From assembly GCA_965227775.1 (NCBI GenBank), contig OZ245777.1, positions 1,472,001-1,536,000 on the forward strand: 64,000 nt of DNA, written 5' to 3'. Of this stretch, positions 20,611 through 30,377 are shown piece by piece. How positions within the stretch are numbered: the first letter of the stretch is position 1; each line of letters begins with the position of its first letter. A program made the translations under genes and the position numbers. The notes below the pieces were generated by a model. It worked only from the letters and a program-made list of their open reading frames with translations, was not told the origin of the DNA and did not search any database. This stretch comes from Phycisphaerales bacterium (lineage in GTDB: Bacteria > Planctomycetota > Phycisphaerae > Phycisphaerales > UBA1924).

Positions 20611-23600
20611 ATGAAGCCCAACCGCCGTGCAAAGACCCGCCCGTACGTCCGTCGTCGCTCGCAGGTGCAGGAGGCCGCTCATGGCGCGGCAGCTCGCCTC
20701 GCGGGTCTTGCCGGTCGTGCGAGCCGACCGGACGTTGAGCCGCTCGAGCCTCGCCAGCTCCTGTTCGCGTTGACCATCGATCCGTCTTCGGTCGACCCCA
20801 CGACGGGCGTCGGTTTTGCGCAGGCGTTCTTTGGGTACACCATCCCGTACCTCCAGTTCTCCGAAGAGATCGGGGACGAAGAAGACCAGGTTGTCGAAGA
20901 GAGCTTCGACGAAGCCGGTGCCGTTGGCTCGGTCATCGTCTCGCAGCGCGTGTTCGAGGAGTCGCAGCTCTTCGTTCGCCACAACATCTCGCCCACGGCC
21001 GACTTTCGCTTGGTGGCACCCCCCGGTGCCGACCCCGACGACGACCAGCGACTTGTCGAAGCGCTCCTCCAGCAGGGCGAACAGTTCAGCTTCTCATTCC
21101 TCAACGTGCCGGGCCGGACAGACCTTCTCCGCGCTATGCGGTCATTCTCGATCGACTTCGTGGCGGCGCCGGGCAGCGCCCAGGGCCTCGATCTCGAGAA
21201 CACGCGCGTCTCGTTGCTGTTCCAGGGCGACGTAATCGCCTCGTTCGAGGGTCGCGATGAGCTGGTGAACTTCCGCACTGGTGGTGGTGGGCCGGCCGAT
21301 GGTGTTGGCACGTTCGTGTTCGAGGCGCCGCCCATTACCTCAGGCGAGCCTCGTCCGGCCTTCGACACGATCCGCTTTGAGTCCATCGGTGGGCCGAGCG
21401 ACCGCTTCCGCTTCGACAACATCTCGACCGCCCTGCCAGCCGGCAATTTCTCCGGCCTGGTCGAGCAGCGGATTTTTGGGGCCACGGTCACGCTGTCTGG
21501 CACGCCGGGCACGACGGTCGAATTCTTCGACCTCTATGGGCGCCCCATGATCGCGACGATCGCTCTTGGCATCCCCGAGGGTGGCGAGATTCCGATCGTT
21601 GACGCCAACGACAACGGCATTCCGGAATTCAACGATGGCATCGGCCGGATCGTCTTCACGAACGCCGACGAGGCGACTACGATCACGATGTTCGGCGGCA
21701 ACATCGAGGCCGGCGACCCTGAGCCGGAAGCCGACTTCTCACAGGACGGCTTCAACTTCACGCTCGGCGAGGACAACCTGTTCGGCGGCGATGACTTCGA
21801 GCAGGCCGGCTTCGGATTCCGCATCTCGCCCGATTCGCCCGACGAGGTCGAAGGCCTTAGCCCGGCATCGGGGTCGGTCATCATCGGTTCGCCGATCGAT
21901 CGTCCGCTGACGAACTACCAGCCCGGTACCGCTGTCATTCCAGAGTCGTTCATCGATCCCGATCAGGGCATCTTCGCGCTCGGTACACAGAATGTCGGTT
22001 CGATCAACCTGCACGCGATCGTGTTCGGTTCTTCGGTGTTCAACGGCGCTGTTGATCAGCTCAACTTCGGCTCGTTGTACGGATCGATCACCGTGAAGGG
22101 TGACCTTGGCCGCCTCGTCGTGGGCTCAGACGCGGGCTATTGGACGGCGGACGAGACGAACACGACAACCAAGACGGGCGGCCAGCTCATCGTCGAGCGC
22201 ACGCTGGGCCAGGTGCACATCGGCGGCAACTCTCTCCTAGACGTCACGGTCGTCGGCGAGCTGAGCTCGACGACGCTTCGTGCGCCTCGTGATGTGACGC
22301 GTTACTTTGAGATTGAGAACCCGCAGCGGATCGACCTAAGCGCTGATGCACAGGCCGTCATTCGGTCGTTGCTTACTCCTGCGACGATCCAAACGTCGGC
22401 GCTCGCCAATGCCGACACGCTGCCGCTCATTACTCCGCTCAAGGCCGGAGCGTTCTTCGGTTCCGAGCCGTTCCGCAATGACGCGATTGGTAGCGCCGAG
22501 ATCATCAGCAACGCCGGAAGCCAGGTGCAGATCATCGGTGATCTTGGCTTCGGCGACCCGATCAGCTCGGGCGAAGACGCCGTTGACGTGTTCGGCGTCG
22601 TGCTCGATGGCAGCCGCCCGCTCATCGTTGAGGGCGTGCCGGACGACCCGAGCTTCGAGATGCGTCTGGTCGATTCGCGCGGTCGGCAGGTTGCCGCCGC
22701 CGATGCGGGCGAGCAGTTCATCAACACAGGACGCTACTTCTTCGAGTACACGCCCGAGTATTCCGGCGTGTACTACATCGTGGTCTCGGCGGTCGACGCG
22801 GGCGGCGTAACGGGCGGTTCGTTCTACGCGCTGAATGTCAGCGGCATGGCGCCGGTGACGCTTGGCGCTTACCGGTCCGCTTCTGGCATGGGCTTCCCGG
22901 CCGGAGCGGTGGCCGCGGGTGCGGATCCCTCCAGCACCACCGTTTCGCTCAACGTGCTGTCGGGCTCGGTCGGCACCATCCGTGCTGGCACGCATCTAGT
23001 TGCGGGCGGAAACGGCGAGACGTCAGCCGACGCGAACATCAACTTCTCCGATGACGGGTTCCCGCAGCCAGATGATCGACGTGCCGATCTCTCGGGCGGC
23101 ACCTTCACGGTGGCGGGCAGCCTTTTCGAGATCTACGCGGGATCGGACATCGAGACGGAGGGCTCGCCTCTCGTCTTCGAGATCGGTGGTGATCTTGGCG
23201 CCATCATCACCGGCCAGTCGCCCATCATCGGCACTGGACCGACCGAAGGCGACCTGTATGCCCGCACGAGCATCACGTTCGATGTTGGCGGCACCATCGA
23301 CTACATCGATGTTTCTGGTACCGGCGGTTTCGACCAGGATACCGACGGTCTTCCCGGCGCGAGCCCGCTGGGATCGATCACGTTCCGCACGGGTACTGCC
23401 GGCGGTTCGGGCGACATCGGCATCATCCGTTTTGGTTCGATCGTGGCGAGCGATGCGATCAATGTGATCACCGCGCCTGGTTCCACCGTCCTGGGATTCT
23501 TCGTCTCGCAGGACGTGACCGACCCGATCGGCCCGTACGTGGGCATCGACTCGCTCGTCCGCACGAGCGGGCAGGGCGTCAACTTCAGCCTCGGCGCAGG

Positions 23601-26600
23601 AAGTGACCTCCGGTTCTTTGACACGCCCAACATCACCAACATTCTGGGTGTGGACTCCCAGATTGACCTGGTCATCGGCGAGTCCGTCGAGCTGATTGAC
23701 GACGCGGGCGGACGCTTCACCGTCGAGATCAACGGTGGCGGTGCCGTCGGAACGGTTGTGGGTTCGTTGCGATTCATCGCCGTCGATCGATCGCAAGGCG
23801 TGTCGCTCGGACGCATCGAGGCCGACCTGACCGGTGGCCGCTCGCTGAACATCAACACGCTGGATGGCTCGGACGGCGACGTGATCAGCATCGGTCGCAT
23901 CGACGTGACCGGTGCCACCGCGCAGTCGAGCATCGAGATCGCCGGCAACGTCCAACTCGACGTGTGGCAGATCGTTCAGAGCGGTGGTGGCGCGCTCGAC
24001 GAGATCTTCAACCTCACACCGGGTGGCGACATTGTCGCCATCGACGTAGCCGGCCTTAACGAGTTGCGTATCACCGGTGACCTTGGTCGTACGCAGCTTC
24101 CCGACTCGGGTCCGCGTCGAATCTCTCCGTTCGTCGGCATCGGCGATGAGGGCGTGCAAGGCATCGGGCGTGCGGGCTTCGAGCTGCCCGCTGCCGTTGT
24201 CGACGATGATTGGAACGGCGCTGTCTACCGCCCGGTTGCGGACAACAACTACGATCCGGGCAACGCCTACCTGTCGGATATCGGCGCCCCGTTCGACCCG
24301 TATCTGGACGGGCTCTTTGTCCGCGCCGGAAACCTCACGGAACTCACCATCGGCGGCGCTGTGGGCGACGTCATCCTGGCGTCGGCCGCCGTGATCGAGG
24401 ACCTGGTCGTCAATGCGAATGTTGGCACCGCGACGGGTGGCAACGAGGGCATCTTCGGCACCATCTACGCAGGGTCGATCCAGGACATCAACATCGGTGG
24501 TGGGCTGGCCCAGCGAGCCCAGAACGCGCTGTCGACGACGGGCATCTTTGCCGTTGATGACATCGACACGCTCATTGCCCGGGACGCGACGATCTTCAGC
24601 AGCATCATCGCGGGCAACATCGCTCCGGGCGCACTCGTGGCGCCGACCGACGGCATCGACAACCTCAGCCTGTCCAACTCGCTCGTGATCGATGCATTCA
24701 TCGGTTCGACCAACCTCGACGAGTTCTGGCTGAGCGCGAACTACGGCGACGACTTCGAGCGGACTGGTCAGCTCCGGGTTGTTGCTGCAGAAGCGGACAC
24801 GTCGTTCTTCCGCACGCAATTCGCTGCGGATCGCGCCGAGACCATCAACGTCGGCGGCAACCTCGATGCCGTCCAGATGTTCTTCACGGTGAATCTGGAG
24901 GACCTGACGGTTCGCAATGTCGTGAACAGCACGGGCGGTGGCACGCCCCGTGAGCTGTTCCGCTCATTCATCATTGTGGGTGCGAACCTTGAGCAGGCAA
25001 CCATCGGCCAGACCGGCAGCGGAACCGGCACGAGTGGCGTGTTTGCCGACACGCTGCTGCAGGTCGGTGGCGAGATCGAGACCAGCTTCCAGGCGCGGCT
25101 CGTGCAGCGTGCCGACATCCAGGTTGCTGGCACGATCCGCTCGATGCAGGTCGACAACATCCGGGCGACCTCGATCAACACCGGTCAGCTCACCATGCTG
25201 ACCGTCGTTGAGGCCATTCGCGCGTCGGAGATCAATGTCTCGGGTCCGCTGATCAGCCTCATGGCCGACCAGATTACGGCAACCAATATCAGCGTGACCG
25301 GTCCCGACGGCCGACTGGACAACCTGACCGTCGCGACCCTGTTCGACGGCGGTATCCTGGCGACCGGCCCCATCACTCGCATCGAGGCTACCGACGGCGA
25401 CCTGCGTGGTTCGCTCGAGACGCGCACTTCCCGTGGCGACGTCACGAACCTCGTAGCGGCGCGCGACGTGCTGCTGAGCACCGACATCAGTGGCACGCTG
25501 AGCAACCTCGTTGTTGGCCGGAACCTCGGGGATATTGACGACCCGAGCGTGCTGCTCGTCCGCGGCGATCTGGCAGGACTCAGCGTCGAGAACGGTGGCC
25601 TGTACTCGGATGTTCGCGTTGCCAACGCGATCACCGGAACGGTGGTCATCGGTGCCCAACCCGGCTTCCCCGGCAACAACCGCATCCCCACCGGTTCGAT
25701 CGAGGCCTATGGCCGCATCGACTCGGTCATCGCCAATGGCGATTACGCGGGAAGCATCATGAGCTTCTCCGGCGGCATCGGAAACGTCACAATCAACAAC
25801 GGCTCGCTGCTGCCCAGCGGTTCGGTGTCGGCCTTCAACGGCGACATTGGCAGCCTGGTGATCAACAGTGGTCACCTGCTGGGCGACGTGCACGCCGACA
25901 ACACCATCTTCAGCATCACCGTCAACGCCTCCGAAGATGGCGTGTTCGGTGACATCGGCGTGAATCCGGAGCTGTCAAGCTTCGTCAGCGCCGCCACGCT
26001 CCGCAACCAGTTGCCCCCCGGTGTTGGCGTGACGCCAGGCTTCGATGGCCCGACCATTACGGCCGGCCGCGATATCGGCGTCGTTACGGTCTCCAACGGC
26101 TCGGTCTTCGAGGCGGTCTTCCACGCCCGCAACGCGATCGGCCAGATCAACGTCCAGGGCGAAGGCAACATCTCCAACGATCCCAACACGACCGGTTTCG
26201 GCACGCAGATCGTGGCCGGCAACTCGGTGGGCTCGGTCAACGTCTCCGGTTCGGCGTCGGACCTCCTGGTCGCCGGCGGCGTGTTCGATCTCGGTGCCGA
26301 TGGGCGTGCGGGTGGTGTCGGCGACGCGACCGATGTCAACAAGTCCGGCCGCGTGCGCGAGGTCATCATCGCGGGCGATGCCACGAACGTGGCCGTCGCG
26401 GCAGGCATGGTCGCGGGCGCGGATGGCTTGTACAACACCGCGGACGACCTGCACACGCTGGGCGTCTCGGTCATCGGCAACGTCACCGTCAACGGCGCGA
26501 TCAACAACGTCAGCGCCTTCACCGATACTGGCCTGCCCAACCGCACCGACGGCATCACGACCGGTGGCCAGTCGACCCCGGTCGTCGGCGGCAGCCTTTT

Positions 26601-29600
26601 CATGCTGCCCTTCGTTGAGGATCAGTCGAGCTTCGACTTCTCGACGCTCGGTGAGGTCATCCCGTCGGGTTCGTCCATCGAGTTCACGCGCGGCGTCGCA
26701 ACGGGCACCATCAGCTTCAGCGGGCCCGGCACCGCCGTGTGGGACGACGCGGGCGGCCGTCTGATCTTGATCAGCACCAGCATCAACAGCAGCGTGACCG
26801 TCACGAGCGACACGGGTGCGCTCGAGGACTTCAGCATCCTCAGCAACGATGACGCCTCGATCGGTCGCATCGAGGTGCAAGCCGTCATGTTCGGCGACTC
26901 GAACATCGTCATCGATGGCTTTGCTCGCGAGATCGTGCTGGGTGGCTTCCAGGGAACGGGCAACATCCTCGTCGGCAACGACGTGCAGCTGCTCGAGACC
27001 GGCTCGTTGCTGACCAGCGGCACCATCTCGGCCACGCTGCTCCGCCAGCTCACCGTCAACGGCGACCTTGGCGGCGCGACCCCACAGCTTCCGGGCGAGT
27101 TCGTTCGTCCCACCCTCCAGATCTTCGGTACCGAGGGCATCACCGTCCAGGGCTCGATGCGTGCCAGCATCAGCGTTGATAATGGCATCCGAGGGGCGCT
27201 GTTCGTCAACGGCTCGATCAACAACAGCATCATCCGGTCGGGCGCCGGCATCCAGAGCATCACGGCCTTCGACATGTCGGGCACGATCATCTCGGCGGCC
27301 AATGACATCACGAGCGTCAATGTCACCGGTGACATGTTCGCAAGCACAGTCATGGCTGGTGCCGACATCGGTCGCGACGCGGCCTTCGGCGGCACGGGCG
27401 TGAACGCCGACCGGACCAACGGTGGCAACCTTGGCACCGTCGATGTGGGTGGTAACTTCCTGCAGAGCTCGGTGAGCGCCGGTGTCTTGCGGGGTGTCGA
27501 CGGATTCCTTGGCACCACCGACGATGTTGCCTCAGGCGGCCGATCGACCATCGGTTCGGTCACCATCGGCGGCACGCAGGTGGGCTCGAACCGCGGCTCC
27601 GAGTCGTTCGGCGTCTTCGCGACCGGCGAGATCGGTCCTGTCACGGTCGGCGGCGAGGCCGTCACTCAGGAGCGCAACTTCAGCGTCAGCACGCTGAGCA
27701 CGCTGCCGCTCGTGGTCCAGGTGGACGACCTCAGCGTCGAGTTCGACGGTGGCATCTACATCGCCCGCCTGACCTTCAACCAGGAGATGAACGCCCAGAC
27801 GCTCATCGATGGCCTCATCATCAGCGAGATCCGCGATGGCGGCCAGGTCAGCATCCGTCTGGACGAGGGCGAGGATTACCTGTTCGAGTACGACGAGGTC
27901 GAGAACGCGGCGGTCATCACCTTCTTCGACACCGTGACGCGTCGTGACCTGCCGCAGACCCCCGGCGTTGCCGGTCCGGGTCTGTACCGCTTCCAGCTCG
28001 ATCCGAACATCGTTCGGGCTCAGAACTCGGCCGCTCGCCTCGATGCGGACGGTGATGGCTTTGCGGACGATGATCGCTTCTACAGCGGCAGCGCATTCGT
28101 TGGTGACGTGGGCGACAAGATCGTGCCCAACACCGTCATCGTCGATCGTGGATTCCTCGGCCCGGGCCGCGTCGACTTCTACGGCGCCGGCAACCTCGAC
28201 ACGGCTCTGGACGATCCGTTCGTGCCAGACGCCCTGCCGGACATCAACACAGAATTCCTGCTCACAGGCTTCGTGGGCGATCACCCCGATGCCGATGCGC
28301 AGGCGTTTGGCATCGCGGGCGACACGGACGTCTACCAGATCACGCTGCAGGCAGGACAGATCCTCCGCCTCGGCCCCAACCTGGGTTCGGCGATCAACGC
28401 CGACATCGCGTTGCTCGATCCGAGCGGCCAGCGTCAGCTCGGCATCACCGGGTCGACGACGACCCTCCCGTCCGAGCAGGCCCAGATTCTCGAAGGCCGC
28501 ACGACCTTCGGCCTGGCATTCCTCGTCACGCAGACGGGTACATACTCGCTCGTGGTGACCAATGACGATCCGAGCATTATCTTCGACTCGGATGCTGTGC
28601 CGAATCTCTCGGCCGCCGCGGGCCTCGTTGGTAGCTATGCGTTCTCGGTCGAGGTCTTCGACGATGGAGACAGCGGATTTAGCGCGAGCACCAACTCGGG
28701 CAACGGCCTGAACCTCGTTGAGGCGCCGTTCGCTTCGTCCTTTGCCGGTCCCGACGGTGAGGTGGGGACCGACGACGACCGCGCCACGGTCACAGTCGGC
28801 GCATTCACGTTCACCCGCAACGCCGAGACCGGCGTCATCTCGGGCACCAACGACAACGGCATCATCTCGACGCGCCTGGCCAATGGCGTCAGCGTCACCG
28901 AGATCGCTTCGGCTATCGGTGCCGAGGGAAGCCGTGGGGTGCCGGGTGAGATCGCGTCGGATGTCGACGTGTTCCACCTCAACAACCGCCAGAACATCAC
29001 CGCGGGCGACCAGCTCCGCATTACCGTGAAGCTCTCGGAGACGGGCGCCGATCTCGGTGGTCGCCAGGCGACCGGCACGCTCGACACCATCCTCCAGGAC
29101 TTCTCGGGTGCGGTGCAGTTCGGCCTCTTCGACACGACCAATTCCACCGGCGTGAGCGACGGGCAGCTGGTGTTCTCGCCCAGCGAGTTTGGCACCGTGT
29201 CGGGTGCGGGTGCGGAGATCATCGCGCAGGACGACCTGCTGGAGTATGGCACCGACGAGAACGGCGACTTCTTCATCGTCGCCCAGGCGCCCCGCACCGG
29301 CACCTACGCCTTCTACATCCAGGGCGTGTTCAATGCCGACTACGTCGTCGAGGTCGAGCGGACGCGAAACGCACCGTCGATCGCAGCCTTCTCCGGTCCG
29401 GACGGCGTGTTCGGCACCTTCGATGATCCGCAGCGCATCATCCAGGGACGCTTCCGCTACTCGCTGGACGCAGGCGATGACGGCATCCGGGGCACTGGCG
29501 ACGACTCGGTCATCAGCCAGATCCAGACCGAGAGCCAGAACGTCCTGCTTGAGTTCAATGGCGGATCGATCGACTGGCTGCAGGTTGGCGTCCGGGAGAC

Positions 29601-30279
29601 CGAGCTGCTGCCGTTCACCAGTAGCGCTCTGGGCTTCAGCGGCACGGTCGATGGCTTGCCCGTCGATACCTTCATCGAGCGTGAGCTCGTGAGCAACCTC
29701 AACAACATCTTCCAGGGTGCCGGCTACGACGTCACGTTCTCTGCCAACCCCAGTACGTTCCAGGGTGAGGACTTCTCGACCGTGTTCGTCTCGGACTCGA
29801 GCGACCCGATCAACTTCACCTTCTCGGCGGATCCGCTCAGCTTCTTCTTCAACCCGTTCTCGTTCGGCGTCGGTGGCTTCGGCCTGGGCTTCGAGGAGAT
29901 CTTCGGATACTCCGAAGGCTCGGACCCGTTCAACGCCGATCGCAACGACGAGGCCGTCGTCTTCGTTCCGCAGCTCACCGCGCTGGGCTTCAACCCGTCC
30001 GAGCCGGAGGTTCGCGACCTGACCGACGCGTTGTCGGCGGCCGTCGGGCGCCGTGTCGGCGAGTTGCTCGGCCTGCGTACCACGGCACTGGACGGTCCCG
30101 GCGCGACGGTTGACGTCTTCGCGTCCGATGGCCCGAGCAATGTGCCCGGGAACCAGTACATCATCCCGTCCTTTGCCCGCCCGCTTTCGAGCCGATTCGA
30201 CCCGCTCGACGACACCCAGTTCTTCCTGGGCCAGCAGTCCTCGACGTCGCTGCTCGACTCGGTCCTCAGCCGGATCTAA
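20611..30279 (+). CDS. Giant (3222 aa) planctomycete extracellular protein: LEPRxLL N-terminal motif, PPC-like domains, long beta-strand-repeat stalk, degenerate metzincin-like C-terminus
   Basis: Basic N-terminus followed by VEPLEPRQLL; PPC-like segments (DVFGVVL...SGVYYIVVS; DTDVYQITLQAG...TGTYSLVV; DVDVFHL...TGTYAFYI); acidic and Gly/Ile/Val/Thr-rich; GAGGAG SD; followed by a terminator. Confidence 0.9.
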   Translation: MKPNRRAKTRPYVRRRSQVQEAAHGAAARLAGLAGRASRPDVEPLEPRQLLFALTIDPSSVDPTTGVGFAQAFFGYTIPYLQFSEEIGDEEDQVVEESFDEAGAVGSVIVSQRVFEESQLFVRHNISPTADFRLVAPPGADPDDDQRLVEALLQQGEQFSFSFLNVPGRTDLLRAMRSFSIDFVAAPGSAQGLDLENTRVSLLFQGDVIASFEGRDELVNFRTGGGGPADGVGTFVFEAPPITSGEPRPAFDTIRFESIGGPSDRFRFDNISTALPAGNFSGLVEQRIFGATVTLSGTPGTTVEFFDLYGRPMIATIALGIPEGGEIPIVDANDNGIPEFNDGIGRIVFTNADEATTITMFGGNIEAGDPEPEADFSQDGFNFTLGEDNLFGGDDFEQAGFGFRISPDSPDEVEGLSPASGSVIIGSPIDRPLTNYQPGTAVIPESFIDPDQGIFALGTQNVGSINLHAIVFGSSVFNGAVDQLNFGSLYGSITVKGDLGRLVVGSDAGYWTADETNTTTKTGGQLIVERTLGQVHIGGNSLLDVTVVGELSSTTLRAPRDVTRYFEIENPQRIDLSADAQAVIRSLLTPATIQTSALANADTLPLITPLKAGAFFGSEPFRNDAIGSAEIISNAGSQVQIIGDLGFGDPISSGEDAVDVFGVVLDGSRPLIVEGVPDDPSFEMRLVDSRGRQVAAADAGEQFINTGRYFFEYTPEYSGVYYIVVSAVDAGGVTGGSFYALNVSGMAPVTLGAYRSASGMGFPAGAVAAGADPSSTTVSLNVLSGSVGTIRAGTHLVAGGNGETSADANINFSDDGFPQPDDRRADLSGGTFTVAGSLFEIYAGSDIETEGSPLVFEIGGDLGAIITGQSPIIGTGPTEGDLYARTSITFDVGGTIDYIDVSGTGGFDQDTDGLPGASPLGSITFRTGTAGGSGDIGIIRFGSIVASDAINVITAPGSTVLGFFVSQDVTDPIGPYVGIDSLVRTSGQGVNFSLGAGSDLRFFDTPNITNILGVDSQIDLVIGESVELIDDAGGRFTVEINGGGAVGTVVGSLRFIAVDRSQGVSLGRIEADLTGGRSLNINTLDGSDGDVISIGRIDVTGATAQSSIEIAGNVQLDVWQIVQSGGGALDEIFNLTPGGDIVAIDVAGLNELRITGDLGRTQLPDSGPRRISPFVGIGDEGVQGIGRAGFELPAAVVDDDWNGAVYRPVADNNYDPGNAYLSDIGAPFDPYLDGLFVRAGNLTELTIGGAVGDVILASAAVIEDLVVNANVGTATGGNEGIFGTIYAGSIQDINIGGGLAQRAQNALSTTGIFAVDDIDTLIARDATIFSSIIAGNIAPGALVAPTDGIDNLSLSNSLVIDAFIGSTNLDEFWLSANYGDDFERTGQLRVVAAEADTSFFRTQFAADRAETINVGGNLDAVQMFFTVNLEDLTVRNVVNSTGGGTPRELFRSFIIVGANLEQATIGQTGSGTGTSGVFADTLLQVGGEIETSFQARLVQRADIQVAGTIRSMQVDNIRATSINTGQLTMLTVVEAIRASEINVSGPLISLMADQITATNISVTGPDGRLDNLTVATLFDGGILATGPITRIEATDGDLRGSLETRTSRGDVTNLVAARDVLLSTDISGTLSNLVVGRNLGDIDDPSVLLVRGDLAGLSVENGGLYSDVRVANAITGTVVIGAQPGFPGNNRIPTGSIEAYGRIDSVIANGDYAGSIMSFSGGIGNVTINNGSLLPSGSVSAFNGDIGSLVINSGHLLGDVHADNTIFSITVNASEDGVFGDIGVNPELSSFVSAATLRNQLPPGVGVTPGFDGPTITAGRDIGVVTVSNGSVFEAVFHARNAIGQINVQGEGNISNDPNTTGFGTQIVAGNSVGSVNVSGSASDLLVAGGVFDLGADGRAGGVGDATDVNKSGRVREVIIAGDATNVAVAAGMVAGADGLYNTADDLHTLGVSVIGNVTVNGAINNVSAFTDTGLPNRTDGITTGGQSTPVVGGSLFMLPFVEDQSSFDFSTLGEVIPSGSSIEFTRGVATGTISFSGPGTAVWDDAGGRLILISTSINSSVTVTSDTGALEDFSILSNDDASIGRIEVQAVMFGDSNIVIDGFAREIVLGGFQGTGNILVGNDVQLLETGSLLTSGTISATLLRQLTVNGDLGGATPQLPGEFVRPTLQIFGTEGITVQGSMRASISVDNGIRGALFVNGSINNSIIRSGAGIQSITAFDMSGTIISAANDITSVNVTGDMFASTVMAGADIGRDAAFGGTGVNADRTNGGNLGTVDVGGNFLQSSVSAGVLRGVDGFLGTTDDVASGGRSTIGSVTIGGTQVGSNRGSESFGVFATGEIGPVTVGGEAVTQERNFSVSTLSTLPLVVQVDDLSVEFDGGIYIARLTFNQEMNAQTLIDGLIISEIRDGGQVSIRLDEGEDYLFEYDEVENAAVITFFDTVTRRDLPQTPGVAGPGLYRFQLDPNIVRAQNSAARLDADGDGFADDDRFYSGSAFVGDVGDKIVPNTVIVDRGFLGPGRVDFYGAGNLDTALDDPFVPDALPDINTEFLLTGFVGDHPDADAQAFGIAGDTDVYQITLQAGQILRLGPNLGSAINADIALLDPSGQRQLGITGSTTTLPSEQAQILEGRTTFGLAFLVTQTGTYSLVVTNDDPSIIFDSDAVPNLSAAAGLVGSYAFSVEVFDDGDSGFSASTNSGNGLNLVEAPFASSFAGPDGEVGTDDDRATVTVGAFTFTRNAETGVISGTNDNGIISTRLANGVSVTEIASAIGAEGSRGVPGEIASDVDVFHLNNRQNITAGDQLRITVKLSETGADLGGRQATGTLDTILQDFSGAVQFGLFDTTNSTGVSDGQLVFSPSEFGTVSGAGAEIIAQDDLLEYGTDENGDFFIVAQAPRTGTYAFYIQGVFNADYVVEVERTRNAPSIAAFSGPDGVFGTFDDPQRIIQGRFRYSLDAGDDGIRGTGDDSVISQIQTESQNVLLEFNGGSIDWLQVGVRETELLPFTSSALGFSGTVDGLPVDTFIERELVSNLNNIFQGAGYDVTFSANPSTFQGEDFSTVFVSDSSDPINFTFSADPLSFFFNPFSFGVGGFGLGFEEIFGYSEGSDPFNADRNDEAVVFVPQLTALGFNPSEPEVRDLTDALSAAVGRRVGELLGLRTTALDGPGATVDVFASDGPSNVPGNQYIIPSFARPLSSRFDPLDDTQFFLGQQSSTSLLDSVLSRI

Positions 30280-30318
30280 TCGTCCGGCCGACCGGGGCCT
30301 TCACGTGCCCATCCCGCC

Positions 30319-30359
30319 CCGCCGAGCGCTGCCCTCTGGGCCGCTCGGCGGTTTTTCTT
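30319..30359 (+). terminator. Rho-independent terminator after the giant protein gene
   Basis: Stem CCGCCGAGCG / CGCTCGGCGG followed by TTTTTCTT. Confidence 0.85.
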
Positions 30360-30377
30360 GCGCCAGGCTCGCGCCGC

